From Bernardetia sp. ABR2-2B (GTDB lineage Bacteria; Bacteroidota; Bacteroidia; Cytophagales; Bernardetiaceae): DNA of 64,000 bases. The position numbers were made by a program, and so were the translations under genes. This document shows, piece by piece, positions 1 through 10,378 of the stretch. The notes below the pieces were generated by a model. The model was not told where the DNA came from. It was given only the letters and a program-made list of their open reading frames with translations, and searched no databases. Position 1 is the first letter of the stretch. The number at the start of each line of letters is the position of its first letter. The stretch covers positions 1,843,293 to 1,907,292 of the forward strand of contig NZ_CP147020.1 of assembly GCF_037126435.1 (NCBI RefSeq), written 5' to 3'.

Positions 1-229
1 AGTCAGAAGATATATATATTAAGTTACATACTACATCTTTTTCTGTCCAAGAATCGAATCCTGATTTATACAGTGCTACTTTAGAATCAAATTTTATTAA
101 ACAATCTGTATAAGATTCTCTTACTTTATCCATGTCTTTTATACTTAAAGAACTATCCTGTGATGGAGAGCAAGAGGAAAAAATTGATAAAATTCCGATT
201 GCTAAAATGTATAAATAGATATACTTCAT
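1..229 (-). CDS. Partial lipoprotein. Only the N-terminal signal peptide and lipobox (LSIFSSC) are in the window; the gene continues beyond the left edge.
   Basis: Reverse-strand ORF starting at ATG (cat at 227-229). Translation begins MKYIYLYILAIGILSIFSSCSPSQD, which has a hydrophobic signal followed by Cys. Confidence 0.45.
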   Translation of the reverse strand, partial: MKYIYLYILAIGILSIFSSCSPSQDSSLSIKDMDKVRESYTDCLIKFDSKVALYKSGFDSWTEKDVVCNLIYISSD

Positions 230-275
230 TGTTTTTTTAGTTTTTTAATATAACTGTAAACGAGGAAAATCTTAA

Positions 276-3200
276 TTAAATCTCTCCCCCATTCATCCAC
301 TCTTCAAAAGCTCTTTCTTTTTGCTTTTTGAGCGTATCGTATTTTGGCAGAAATTCTTCTTCATAATAGACTGGCATATTCAACCTTAAAAATTCCTTTG
401 AGCGTTCGGCATAATTATCCAAACCAGCATCTAAAGATTCTAGAGCATATATTTCATTTGCTCTAGCCGAATAAGGAAAGGTTTCTATAACTTGATAAGC
501 AACATCATAAGCTTTGTCTTTCAAATTATTTCGCTTATAATAAGCAATAGCTTCTTGCAAAATTTCAAAATCAAAAGGAAGTCCTGCGATTGCTTTTTGC
601 ATTGCAATTTTAGAACGAGTTGTATCTCCTAGCTGTTCTGCAGAAAGAGCTGTGTAGAATTGTTTTTTAGACTTTTCGTAAGCACGAACAGGTTGTAGAT
701 TATCCAAAATAGAAGCAGCCGAAAGTAATTTATTATCCTTCCAAAGCAACTCCAAATCAATAAGCTGAAAACGTTGAAGAGTTTGAAAATCTAATTCTTC
801 TGCACTTAATTGTGTAGCAGAGTTTCGCCAAAGTAGCGCACTTTGTAAATCATTATTTTTTAAGTCAAATTCTATTTTATCCAAAACTACTTCCAGTTTT
901 AGATTTTGATTTGTCATTGTTTGCATTTTTTGAGCAAACTCTTTTGTTCCTTCTTCTCCTACCAAATACGGAATTTGATAATGAAAATAACGCCTTTTGG
1001 CATCTTCATCTAAAGAATCAAAATTTATTTTCTGTCCTGCATCTTGCTGTAAAATCAAATACATTTCATTTGCTGTTGCTTGAAAAGGATGCGAAGCAAG
1101 AGTGTCCCAACCTCTCCACATTTGGAGCGCATCTGTTTTGTCCTCTTGATATAGTGCTTGTTCAGAGTGAGTAATAGCTTCATACAAATTATTCAACCCT
1201 CTATTCATCAAATAGGCTTTATTAAAATACAAAGCAGCTTCATCGTATTGCTTGTGTTCCAAAAACCAAAGTCCTAACAAGTGTTTATACTGCGAAGACG
1301 AATTTCCATAAGCTTTATCTAAATATTTTAAAGTAATAAAAGCATTATAAACATCGCCTAATTTGTACTGATTGACAGCCTTTACCAAAAGCATAAAAGG
1401 AATATGTTCTTGATTAGCCAAAACTTGCTCTCTATTTTTGATAAGTTCTACAATCGTACTATCTATTTTTTGATTCGTTTTTTCATCTGCTACTCTTTGA
1501 TTTAGAAGTCCGTAGTGATAGACATAAAGCAAGTCTTCGGTTGTCCAAACAGAGTCTTTAACTAAATCCTCATTAAAATTGATTTCTGTATTTGAATTTA
1601 ATTTTGTTGCTCTTTTATCTAAATCAAAAAAGCGTTTTTGATACAACATTTTATTCGAAAGCGCACCTGTATTTTCTTGTGTCTTGATGCGAAGTTCTAA
1701 AGAATCTAAAGCTGTATAATTATCCGTTAGCGCATTGAGTGTCCACCAGTTTGCATCTAAGGCTGTTTTTGCTTCTTCTGAATCTGCATATTTTTTCACT
1801 TTTTCTAGTTCTCTAGCCACAGAATCATTATTTTTTATTCCAAAACGCTCTATCGAACTAAAGATTAGATTATTTTTTAGTTGTGGATTATTCGGAAACT
1901 CTGCCGAACCTTTCAAAAGTGTATAATAGGATTGATCTTCATTATTTGTACGATTCATCAAATCCGAAACGGCTGTGTAAGTATAAGGCGATGCCGTACG
2001 TTCGGATGCAATTTTGAGAAAAGAATACGCTTCCTGCCAACGATATTGACGCAGTGCAATTCCTGCCATTCCCCAATAGGCTTTATGATTTGTATAAACT
2101 TTATAAATTGCTGATTGATAATTGATTTTGGCAAGTTGATAGGTTTCTTCTACTTTTTTATCTTTCTCTTTTGTCTCTTCCAATGTCAAATTGCTTGTAA
2201 TTCCATTCCCTGTGGCATTTTCATCTACTCCTACTTGATTTAAAGCATCAGCTTCTGATAAAAACACATCACCGATTCCAGTAAGATAACCTGATTGTGC
2301 TTGATTGTAATGAATAAAGTTATGACGATAGGCAAAAATAGTGATGATAATTCCTGCTACGATAGCAGTATAGCTCCAATTTACTTTAAGAGGTTGCCAT
2401 AAAAGAGGGTAGGCTTGAAGACTTTTTTCTAGTAATTCACTAAAATTGATGAAAATATAAATGAAGAAAGCAACAGCAAAACCAATATTTGAATAAATAA
2501 TGATGTCAGAAAAAATATCAATAAGTGGGTCATTATTGGTAGAAATAGCATACATAATCGTAGAACAGGCAATCAATGCCCAACCAATATATAAAAGCAG
2601 ACCCACAGGACGAGCTTCAAAAAACTTTTTATAATGCGCTTCTCTTCCTACAAAACCCCAAATTCCTAACACAGTCATAATGACAAAAATCACAAAAGGA
2701 GGAATATAGATAATCTCCCAAGTAATGCCGTGAATACTGAAAAGATAAGAATAAACCATGTGTAGAAAAAATATTCCACTAACAATTGCAAAGTGTGTTA
2801 GAGTGCTATTTGAGCCATCTGCACCACGAGAAACAAGCCAATACAATGCTCTAGGAATTTCGTGTCCATTAAAAATAACAAATAAAAACGTAAGAACAAT
2901 AGGAACTACAATACCATTATTAGCTAAGAAGAATACAGGATTATTGAGGGTGTTAAGCTCTGAATCTACTAAAAAGCTCATACCAATAGCCACAGCCGAA
3001 ATAACTAAAAAGCGAACAAGCAAAGAACCTTTTGCAAAAAATTGGAATAAAAAAGTAACCACACCAAAACTTAAAAGAACGATAATAAACCATTTTTTCT
3101 CATTCTGCCACTCCATAAGACCTTGAATACCAGCGAGTCCATCAATAGAACAATAGCTCAAAAATATCGCAAAAACAAAAAGCACAATTCCGTACCAATG

Positions 3201-3575
3201 GACACGCAAATAAGTAGAAGCAGTCAGAATCAAAACCCATGCAAAGGCAATGCTAAGAGCAAAAAGATTAGCAGCAGAGTAGTTTAGCTGTAGAAAGGAA
3301 GTTGAAAAAGTTTTGTTGAGCAAATAACCATCTACTTCTGCAATAAAGGGAAAAAAGACATGTTGGAAACTATCAATTTGAAGAGGAACAGTAGTAAGTT
3401 CGCCATTGGAAGTCCATTCGAAGACAGCTTTTTCTCCCAACACAAACGCATACAAATAAGCTCCCAAAGCAGCAAAAAGCACAAAAATAGAAAGCGTACA
3501 CAAAATACGCTCACTTAAAGACCATTTTCTCCAAAAAATTAGGTTTTTCATAATAATGTAGCTGACAGTTTCCAA
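276..3575 (-). CDS. Polytopic integral membrane protein with a long C-terminal TPR-repeat region (DUF2723 / PMT-like fold is a guess).
   Basis: 1099-aa ORF. The N-terminal ~420 aa contain many hydrophobic helices and the C-terminal ~650 aa are repetitive and TPR-like (A/Y/L periodicity). The track start at 3575 is TTG; the ATG giving MKNLIFW at 3551 is the more likely start. Confidence 0.6.
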   Translation of the reverse strand: METVSYIIMKNLIFWRKWSLSERILCTLSIFVLFAALGAYLYAFVLGEKAVFEWTSNGELTTVPLQIDSFQHVFFPFIAEVDGYLLNKTFSTSFLQLNYSAANLFALSIAFAWVLILTASTYLRVHWYGIVLFVFAIFLSYCSIDGLAGIQGLMEWQNEKKWFIIVLLSFGVVTFLFQFFAKGSLLVRFLVISAVAIGMSFLVDSELNTLNNPVFFLANNGIVVPIVLTFLFVIFNGHEIPRALYWLVSRGADGSNSTLTHFAIVSGIFFLHMVYSYLFSIHGITWEIIYIPPFVIFVIMTVLGIWGFVGREAHYKKFFEARPVGLLLYIGWALIACSTIMYAISTNNDPLIDIFSDIIIYSNIGFAVAFFIYIFINFSELLEKSLQAYPLLWQPLKVNWSYTAIVAGIIITIFAYRHNFIHYNQAQSGYLTGIGDVFLSEADALNQVGVDENATGNGITSNLTLEETKEKDKKVEETYQLAKINYQSAIYKVYTNHKAYWGMAGIALRQYRWQEAYSFLKIASERTASPYTYTAVSDLMNRTNNEDQSYYTLLKGSAEFPNNPQLKNNLIFSSIERFGIKNNDSVARELEKVKKYADSEEAKTALDANWWTLNALTDNYTALDSLELRIKTQENTGALSNKMLYQKRFFDLDKRATKLNSNTEINFNEDLVKDSVWTTEDLLYVYHYGLLNQRVADEKTNQKIDSTIVELIKNREQVLANQEHIPFMLLVKAVNQYKLGDVYNAFITLKYLDKAYGNSSSQYKHLLGLWFLEHKQYDEAALYFNKAYLMNRGLNNLYEAITHSEQALYQEDKTDALQMWRGWDTLASHPFQATANEMYLILQQDAGQKINFDSLDEDAKRRYFHYQIPYLVGEEGTKEFAQKMQTMTNQNLKLEVVLDKIEFDLKNNDLQSALLWRNSATQLSAEELDFQTLQRFQLIDLELLWKDNKLLSAASILDNLQPVRAYEKSKKQFYTALSAEQLGDTTRSKIAMQKAIAGLPFDFEILQEAIAYYKRNNLKDKAYDVAYQVIETFPYSARANEIYALESLDAGLDNYAERSKEFLRLNMPVYYEEEFLPKYDTLKKQKERAFEEWMNGGEI

Positions 3576-3625
3576 ACTGTCAGAGAATTCAGGTATATTA
3601 TTACGACAGTTGGAAACTGTCGGCT
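3558..3625. promoter_or_regulatory. Compound palindrome of about 68 bp in the promoter region of the TPR membrane-protein gene. It contains two hairpins, gacagtttCCaaactgtc and gacagttGGAAactgtc, nested in an outer inverted repeat gtagctgac...gtcggctac.
   Basis: Inverted repeats read directly from the sequence. It lies immediately upstream (minus-strand sense) of the 276..3575 gene start. Confidence 0.35.
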
Positions 3626-3682
3626 ACTTTAAATACAAATAACGAATATTATTTTTAAAATTGTCTTACAAATTTAGTCAAT

Positions 3683-4372
3683 TTAATTCTTTATCAATCG
3701 AAGAGCTTCTCTTTTACTCAAATTACTTAATTCTGTTTCATTTTTTTCTACAAAATCAATTACCCAATTTGGATTTGTTCGGCTGTATTCTCTCAAAATC
3801 CAACCAATCGCTTTATTTATAAAAAATTCTTTTGAAGCTGTTTTTGATGAAATGAGAAACGTAATTGTAGAAGTAAGCAAATACGTATCTATATTTTCTT
3901 TGTCTTTGAGTTGGAATAAAATAGCCGAACGCTGCAACCACATATTTTCAGATTCTAGCCATTTTTCGATATAAAAATCTCTTTCTTTTGGAAATAATTT
4001 AAAGTATTGATTAACAAGTTTTGGAGCAATAAAATCTATTGTATCCCACCACGATTTATTCAAAATCATAAACTCAAAAAGCTGAATATCTTCTTTCTCT
4101 AGTTCTTTTTTATATTTAAAGGCTAATTCTTGTGCAAAAAGCTGATAATCTCGCTCTGGTTTTTGCCATAAGGTTTTTATAATTTGAAATGCTTCTGGTT
4201 TTTTTGGCAAGAAATCTTTACTCAAAAAAGGCTTTTGTAATTCTCTTCTTTGAGGTGTTTTGATTCCAAAATACTCAAACTGATTTCGCATGTAGGCTTT
4301 CTGCTCTGCTGCAATTTTTGGATTTGAATTACTTTTAAATTCTGATTGTAGGGTTTTTAGGTAGGTTTGCAT
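3683..4372 (-). CDS. DNA alkylation repair protein (AlkD/AlkC-like HEAT-repeat glycosylase family).
   Basis: 229-aa ORF. The W/K/E-rich helical-repeat composition is typical of the DNA alkylation repair enzyme family, and it sits next to a PolX repair polymerase. Confidence 0.5.
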   Translation of the reverse strand: MQTYLKTLQSEFKSNSNPKIAAEQKAYMRNQFEYFGIKTPQRRELQKPFLSKDFLPKKPEAFQIIKTLWQKPERDYQLFAQELAFKYKKELEKEDIQLFEFMILNKSWWDTIDFIAPKLVNQYFKLFPKERDFYIEKWLESENMWLQRSAILFQLKDKENIDTYLLTSTITFLISSKTASKEFFINKAIGWILREYSRTNPNWVIDFVEKNETELSNLSKREALRLIKN

Positions 4373-4551
4373 TTTGAAATACTGTAACTTATTGGCGAGT
4401 GATTTGGCTTCGCCGAGCTATCGGTTATATGATTTTTATGATTAAATGAAGATAAATACTTTTTTTAAATTCATATATGATTTAATTTTATTTCTGTATT
4501 CTCCTGTAATTATCATAGTAATCATACAAAATCACTCGCTAATTCATTCTC

Positions 4552-6267
4552 TTATTTTGCTTTTATCCAACTCTCAAATTCCTCAACAGAAAGCGTATTT
4601 AATGTTTTTTTCTTCAAAAGCCCTCCTTTTTGTGCTACTTTTACGCCCCAGTTGGTGTCTTTTAAACCTTCAGTAGAATGTGCATCTGGACTAATACAGA
4701 GCCAAACATTTTTCTGCATAGCATAATCAATCCATTTCCAATCCAAATCTAAGCGATGAGGATTTGCATTTATTTCTATGGCTACATTATATTCTGCACA
4801 CGCATCAATGATTTTTTTGTGGTCTATTGGATAGCCTTCTCTTCTCAAAAGTAACCTTCCTGTTGGGTGTCCTAATATTTTTGTGTATGGATTTTGAATG
4901 GCTTTCAGTAGCCTTTCTGTTGCTTTTTTTTCACTCATTCCCAAAACTGAATGCACAGAAGCAATTACCACTTCGAAACCTTTGAGTGTATTTTCATCAT
5001 AATCTAAACTTCCATCATTCAAAATATCAGATTCTATTCCTTTAAAAATACGAAAAGGAGCTAATTTTTTATTGAGTTCTTCTATTTCTTGCCATTGCTG
5101 TTCTACTCTTTCTTTATTAAGTCCGTTTGCATAAAAAGCAGATTGAGAATGGTCAGAAATTACTAAATAAGAATGTCCTAACTTTTGTGCAGCCAAAGCC
5201 ATTTGTTCGACGCTATTTTGTCCGTCGCTGTATGTTGAGTGATTATGAATTGTTCCTTTTAAATCTTCTAATTCTAAAAGGTCGCTTTGATTATTTTCTT
5301 TTGCCCACTTCCATTCGCTATTATTATTTTTATTTCCATTTCTCAATGGTGCAGGAATATAGCTTGTACCTATTTTTTTATAAATATCTTCTTCTGAATC
5401 TGCTTTTTGATACGAATATTCTAGTAATGAAACTTCTTCGTTCAAACCATTTTTTTGTGAATACTCAAGATGAGAAATTGCAGCCGTTTCTCTCAACAGT
5501 TTTCCATAAAAACTTTCTTTTTCTGTAATATGAATTTCTAAATTTAAGTCAATTTCATCAAAATTTCCTTTCCAAAGAAAGGGGGAACTATTTTTTCCAT
5601 CAAAACTAATTCCATCTAAGTTATTCAAAAACTGAAATAACTCTTTGCTTGCGTTTGCTTCTTTCAAAATACTGACAAAAGAAATTGTATCAATAACAGG
5701 TTCGTGCCTTGCTACTTGTCCTGCTGCACTTATTTTTTCTATAAAATCTTGTTTTTCTAAACTTTGAAGAATATAATCAGAATACTTAAAAGCAATATTG
5801 ATGCGCTGTTTTCCTTCTTGCTGCTCTAAAAACTCTATTTGATTAGCGATATTTTCGGCTGTCTTTTTACCAAAACCCTTTGTTTTTTCTAATGAGCCAT
5901 CTTTGGCAGCTTTGTATAAATCCTTTACCGTTTCAATCTCTAATTCTGTCCAAATAACACGAACTTTTTTTGCGCCCATTCCTTTTATATTGAGCATTTC
6001 GAAAACTCCTGTTGGCGTTTGTGCTGTCAGTTCGTCTAATTCTTTAAAACTTCCATTTTCTAACAAAGAAAGTATTTTATCACTCATATTCTGACTAAAA
6101 CCCAGTTCTACAAGCTGTTTTTGAGATAATTCGGCAGCTACTTCATTTAGGTTTTCTAATCGTGTAGCTGTTCCTGTATAAGAACGAACTTTAAAAGGAT
6201 TTTCATTATGAAGTTCTAGTAAAGAACCTGTTAGTTTAAAGGCTTGAGCGAGTTGTTTATTAGTCAT
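4552..6267 (-). CDS. polX: DNA polymerase X family protein with a C-terminal PHP phosphoesterase domain.
   Basis: 571-aa ORF with N-terminal helix-hairpin-helix and pol-beta-like motifs (GFGKKTAENI). The C-terminal PHP domain has His/Asp clusters (HNHSTYSDG, ISDHS, GHP). Confidence 0.75.
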   Translation of the reverse strand: MTNKQLAQAFKLTGSLLELHNENPFKVRSYTGTATRLENLNEVAAELSQKQLVELGFSQNMSDKILSLLENGSFKELDELTAQTPTGVFEMLNIKGMGAKKVRVIWTELEIETVKDLYKAAKDGSLEKTKGFGKKTAENIANQIEFLEQQEGKQRINIAFKYSDYILQSLEKQDFIEKISAAGQVARHEPVIDTISFVSILKEANASKELFQFLNNLDGISFDGKNSSPFLWKGNFDEIDLNLEIHITEKESFYGKLLRETAAISHLEYSQKNGLNEEVSLLEYSYQKADSEEDIYKKIGTSYIPAPLRNGNKNNNSEWKWAKENNQSDLLELEDLKGTIHNHSTYSDGQNSVEQMALAAQKLGHSYLVISDHSQSAFYANGLNKERVEQQWQEIEELNKKLAPFRIFKGIESDILNDGSLDYDENTLKGFEVVIASVHSVLGMSEKKATERLLKAIQNPYTKILGHPTGRLLLRREGYPIDHKKIIDACAEYNVAIEINANPHRLDLDWKWIDYAMQKNVWLCISPDAHSTEGLKDTNWGVKVAQKGGLLKKKTLNTLSVEEFESWIKAK

Positions 6268-6338
6268 TTTATAGAAAAGAGTAAAATAGAATTTCGGTTT
6301 GTCTTTGTTTACAAAGGTACTAAAAACTATAATCTAAA

Positions 6339-6371
6339 CCCTAAGGGACTTCGAAGACCCTTAGGGTTTTT
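6339..6371 (-). terminator. Rho-independent terminator hairpin (ccctaaggg...cccttaggg) followed by a T-run on the minus strand, downstream of the VIT/vWA gene.
   Basis: Perfect 9-bp stem with a 13-nt loop, followed on the minus strand by a T-rich tract. Confidence 0.5.
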
Positions 6372-6387
6372 CAGAAAACTTTGAAAC

Positions 6388-9300
6388 CTACTTTTTCCAT
6401 TCAAATCTACCTATTTCTATCTCATCATCATTTTCTTCCATTCCAGATTCCAATTGAAAGATAATTTCTTTTTGTGTTTGGTTTTTAGAACCATAGTTGA
6501 AATAAATAGTTGCTTTAAGTGTAGATGCTCCTGCTATTTTTTGGGTTCTGTCATCATAAAAATCTACTTTTATAATGTACTCTCCTTTGATAGCTTCCTT
6601 CAAAATATATTCTTCTGAACCATACCCATCTGTCAAGTCTTCAGTCAGTCGTCCTCCGTTTTGAGAAAGGTTATTAGAGTAGTATGTTTTTTCTCCTGTC
6701 GGTTCGATAATCCATAAATCAATATCTGTTTCAAGCGTATTCCAATCCAAAACTACTCGTATATCGACAGGTGTATTTTTGAATAAATTATTTTTTTGCT
6801 CTTCGCTTAGTTCTTTCTCTATTTTTTTATTGACTTTAGATAAATCTAACTTGTCTTTATGTAATGCAATCAGATTATTAAACTCTGTAAGGACTGTAGA
6901 TTTGAAATAAGGAAAAAGGTCTTCTAAGGTATCCCAGTTTTCGTCTTCTTTATCAAAATCCATTATCAAAACTTCATAAAATAAATCTAATGCTTTTTGA
7001 TAATTACCATTTTTTTGATGCGTTAAAGCCAAATCTCTATACGAATGTGGCTCGTTTGGACGGAGTTCTTTTACTTTCTCAAAAAGAAAAATAGCCGTTT
7101 CCATTTTTCCAAGTTCACTATATTTATAGCCTAGCATTTTCAAAAGCTCATAATTTTCTAACTCTAGTTCTACAATATTAGAAAGAATCTGAACTCCTAC
7201 TTCTTCTTCTCCATTCTGAATAAAGTAACTTCCCACACTAAGAAAAAAAGAAGGCGTAGAAGAATAACTTTCTTTGAGGGAAAGATAGGTTTCAAAACGA
7301 TTTTCCTTAGTAGCATTTTTGATAGAATCCATATAGGGTTCATCTGCACTCCATTCTTTTACTACTAATTTTGTAGTTTCTTTCTGTTGAATTTGTAGTG
7401 CTTTTTGAGTAGAATCAGGTAAAACATAGCCTTTTTCAGCAGCTTTTTTTGTAATGACTATGATAACACCATTTGCTCCTTTGCTTCCATACAGAGCCGT
7501 CGCATTTTCATTTTTCAACATACTGACAGATTTTACTTGCTCTGGATTAATCTGACTATAATCACTCTTTTCCATTGGAATTCCATCTACTACATACAAT
7601 GGTTCAGCATTTAGATTAACAGAAGAGTTTCCTCTAATTACTACATTTGAAGAAGAACCTGCGTTTCCATTTATTTGCACACCTGCTGCATTTCCTTGAA
7701 TGGATTGTACAAGTTGCTCTGATTGAATTGTTTGTACAGCATAACCCAAACTCTGGCTTTTTTCCTCAATTGCCATACCAGTAACCACAACGGACTCCAA
7801 AAGCTCCGAACTTTCTGTCATTATTACATCAACAATAGATTGATTACCTACGAGTGCTTCTCTTTTACTAAAACCAACAAATCTAAAAACAAGAATATCC
7901 TTTTCACTACAAACAATAGAATAATTGCCATCAATATCCGTTTGTGTTCTTATCGTTGTTCCTTTTATTTGTACAGTTGCACCAGGTAAAGTTCCTTCTA
8001 TACTAGATATTACTCCTGTTATAGTCTTATTGCGCTCATAGCCTAAAACCTCACTTTGATTAACTGAAACACTCTGATTTTGAGTAGTTTGATTTTCAGT
8101 TTCTTCACCAGAGTTATTTTCTTCTTCTTCAACCTCTTCAATTTCTTGCTGAGTTTCTTCTAAATTTTCAGTTATTGTTTCTGTTGTAGAATTTGTATTA
8201 TTTTCATCAGTTGTTTGTGTTGTTGTTGTGGTAGTTTGATTTGTTTTCTTAGGCTGCTCAGGTAATGAATCTTTTTTGTTTTCTGTCCACCATTCTATTT
8301 TTTCTTCATAGTCTGCAAGAGCTATTTTTATGATTTCCGTTTCTGTACTTGCAATTTTTTGAGTTTTTTGAGCTAATAGTTTTTCATACTCTTCTTTTAG
8401 TTCGGCAGGTGGCGAAATTTCATATTTGACATAATCTTCTATTCTATCCAAAACGATAAGTGAAGTATAGGGAGTAATCAAGCTATAATTTTTAGCTACT
8501 TCTACGATTTTGGTTTTATTTTGTCTTGTGTTTAGAGAAAACTCATCCACTTTTTTATTTGCCCAAATACGCTGAATAGAGGTTGAATTGTAATTTTTAG
8601 GAATTGTTATTTTTCTAGTTTCTAAAACTTGTTTTCCTATTCCAAACTGAATTTCTATTTCTGCATCTTTATCTGCACTTATTTTTCCTGCCAGTGAGAA
8701 AGATTTGTTTTTTTGTAGAGTTTGGGGCGTAATTGGATAGACTTCGCTTAGGATTCTGTTTTTGTATTTTGCGCCCAAAAACTGATAATTTTGAGATAAA
8801 AGTGCTTCTACGGCTTCTTTTTGTGTTTCATAAGAAAGATTGATATAATTCCCTCCTGTTTTTTGAGCTAAAGAATTTAGAAAAGGAGCATCATTTGTTC
8901 CACTAGAAACGATAGTATAAATAGTTTGTAGATTGTCTTTTTTAAGAGGAAAAGCATCATCTGAATAAGAAAGGTTTGAAATTCCGTCCGAAAAAAGAAG
9001 GATTTCATTTTGCTCTAAAGAAGGAAAATCAATGGCTTTTAAATCTGTCCCTCCATCATAAACTATACTTTCTAATTGCCTTTTAATTTTGATGATTTGA
9101 TTTTCAAAATTAGATTCATCTATCAAAAAATCATTCTGACTGACTATTCTATTATTGAACAAAATTAGTTTTAGATTTAAAGAATTATCTGACTTTTTTT
9201 GATTTATTCTTTCTAAATAACTTTCAAGAAGAGCTATTTCTTTTTCTGTTTTTCTCTCCTTACTAGAATGCGAAACATCCCACAAAACAGCAATAGAAGA

Positions 9301-10182
9301 AGGCAAGATTTTGTCTTTCTGAATAACATTTGGAATTAGATTTATATAAAAATAATCGCTTTCTGTATCTTTAGAATTGCTTTTCTCTCTGAAAACTTTT
9401 TCATTTATTTGTGTCGGAATCTCAAAACTAAAAATACCTGTGGCTTCAAAATTTTTCTTATTAGATTTAGCAATATAAGATGTTTCCCACTTTTTGAACT
9501 TGAAATTAGAAAGCTCGTTTTGCTTGACCTTAGGCTTTTCTTCTTGATTAATGACTTTTACATTTAGGTCAAAATTCTTCACTTTTCCGTATTTCAAGTT
9601 TAGTTGGTACAAAGGAGCTTTGCTATCTTGGAGTTCTTCTTCATAGCCTATCAAGATTATTTTTCTTCCCTTAGCAGGAATGGGATACACTCTAGCCTTA
9701 TAATTATTTCCAACTGTCATTTCTAATAAAGCTGGGTCAATTTCTTTTCTAATAACTCCTTCAAATGCTCTTCTTCCAAGTTCTTTTTCTACTACTACAC
9801 CTTCTCTAAGCTTTCCATTTAAATCCATTGCAAACCTAAAAACACGCTGTTTATCTGCAAGTGGAAAGTTAAGTTCTCCTTCCAAAACTCTGTCATTCGG
9901 ATTATAAAAAGTGAGTTTTGTTACTGTTGTGGCTCTGTTTCCTAGTATTTCTACTTCAATATCAACGCTTTCTAATTCAATAAATGCGCTATCATTTTTG
10001 ATTTGTAGAATAGATAATTTTCCTAAATCATCTGTCTTTTGGGCAAAAACTGAAATGAAAAAAGTAAGATAAAAAAATACAGAGAAAAGTGGCTTGTGTA
10101 GATTATGTTTCATCGTAGATAAGTTGTTTTGATTAGATAGTTCTAAATATTTCTTAAAACCCCTACGATAGACTTTAAGCAA
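6388..10182 (-). CDS. Giant secreted multidomain protein. Domain order is an N-terminal VIT domain, a von Willebrand factor A domain, a CarboxypepD_reg-like domain with a TonB-receptor-plug-like segment, TPR repeats, and a C-terminal DUF2135 (YfaP-like) domain.
   Basis: 1264-aa ORF with a signal peptide. VIT-like N-terminus (ELNFPLADKQRVFRF...ARVYPIPAKG). vWA region (IAVLWDVSHS...LFSDGISN). CarbopepD_reg (GVISSIEGTLPGATVQIKGTTIRTQTDIDGNYSI). Plug-like segment (SMLKNENATALYGSKGANGVIIVITKK). An acidic/T-rich linker and a DUF2135-like C-terminus (DIRVVLDWNTLETDIDLWIIEP). Confidence 0.65.
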   Translation of the reverse strand: MLKVYRRGFKKYLELSNQNNLSTMKHNLHKPLFSVFFYLTFFISVFAQKTDDLGKLSILQIKNDSAFIELESVDIEVEILGNRATTVTKLTFYNPNDRVLEGELNFPLADKQRVFRFAMDLNGKLREGVVVEKELGRRAFEGVIRKEIDPALLEMTVGNNYKARVYPIPAKGRKIILIGYEEELQDSKAPLYQLNLKYGKVKNFDLNVKVINQEEKPKVKQNELSNFKFKKWETSYIAKSNKKNFEATGIFSFEIPTQINEKVFREKSNSKDTESDYFYINLIPNVIQKDKILPSSIAVLWDVSHSSKERKTEKEIALLESYLERINQKKSDNSLNLKLILFNNRIVSQNDFLIDESNFENQIIKIKRQLESIVYDGGTDLKAIDFPSLEQNEILLFSDGISNLSYSDDAFPLKKDNLQTIYTIVSSGTNDAPFLNSLAQKTGGNYINLSYETQKEAVEALLSQNYQFLGAKYKNRILSEVYPITPQTLQKNKSFSLAGKISADKDAEIEIQFGIGKQVLETRKITIPKNYNSTSIQRIWANKKVDEFSLNTRQNKTKIVEVAKNYSLITPYTSLIVLDRIEDYVKYEISPPAELKEEYEKLLAQKTQKIASTETEIIKIALADYEEKIEWWTENKKDSLPEQPKKTNQTTTTTTQTTDENNTNSTTETITENLEETQQEIEEVEEEENNSGEETENQTTQNQSVSVNQSEVLGYERNKTITGVISSIEGTLPGATVQIKGTTIRTQTDIDGNYSIVCSEKDILVFRFVGFSKREALVGNQSIVDVIMTESSELLESVVVTGMAIEEKSQSLGYAVQTIQSEQLVQSIQGNAAGVQINGNAGSSSNVVIRGNSSVNLNAEPLYVVDGIPMEKSDYSQINPEQVKSVSMLKNENATALYGSKGANGVIIVITKKAAEKGYVLPDSTQKALQIQQKETTKLVVKEWSADEPYMDSIKNATKENRFETYLSLKESYSSTPSFFLSVGSYFIQNGEEEVGVQILSNIVELELENYELLKMLGYKYSELGKMETAIFLFEKVKELRPNEPHSYRDLALTHQKNGNYQKALDLFYEVLIMDFDKEDENWDTLEDLFPYFKSTVLTEFNNLIALHKDKLDLSKVNKKIEKELSEEQKNNLFKNTPVDIRVVLDWNTLETDIDLWIIEPTGEKTYYSNNLSQNGGRLTEDLTDGYGSEEYILKEAIKGEYIIKVDFYDDRTQKIAGASTLKATIYFNYGSKNQTQKEIIFQLESGMEENDDEIEIGRFEWKK

Positions 10183-10378
10183 AACGTTGCATATAATTGT
10201 TGTTTATCATTTCTAAAAACCTATTAACCGAATCAAAAAGGGTTCGAAATCACATTGGCAAGATTTTTTCCTTATAGTTTTTGATAATTTTGTAATATTC
10301 AATCACTAGATTAAAATTGTTTCAAAATTAATCCTTATACCAAAAATTACCTCATTTACTTATACCATATAGAATTTC

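Noticed and set aside
911-3514. Short ORFs in the track (911..1174, 1735..1926, 1881..2114, 2758..3126, 3332..3514, and similar ones inside rpoC and other long genes).
   Set aside because: They are embedded antisense or out of frame within long, clearly coding genes and have low-complexity, Cys/Phe-rich translations typical of spurious reading frames in AT-rich DNA.
10230-10260. GGTTCGAA-like strings at 10240 and 52690 that might mark tRNA T-loops.
   Set aside because: The surrounding sequence does not form acceptor or anticodon stems, and the canonical GGTTCGAATCC context is absent, so no tRNA is called.
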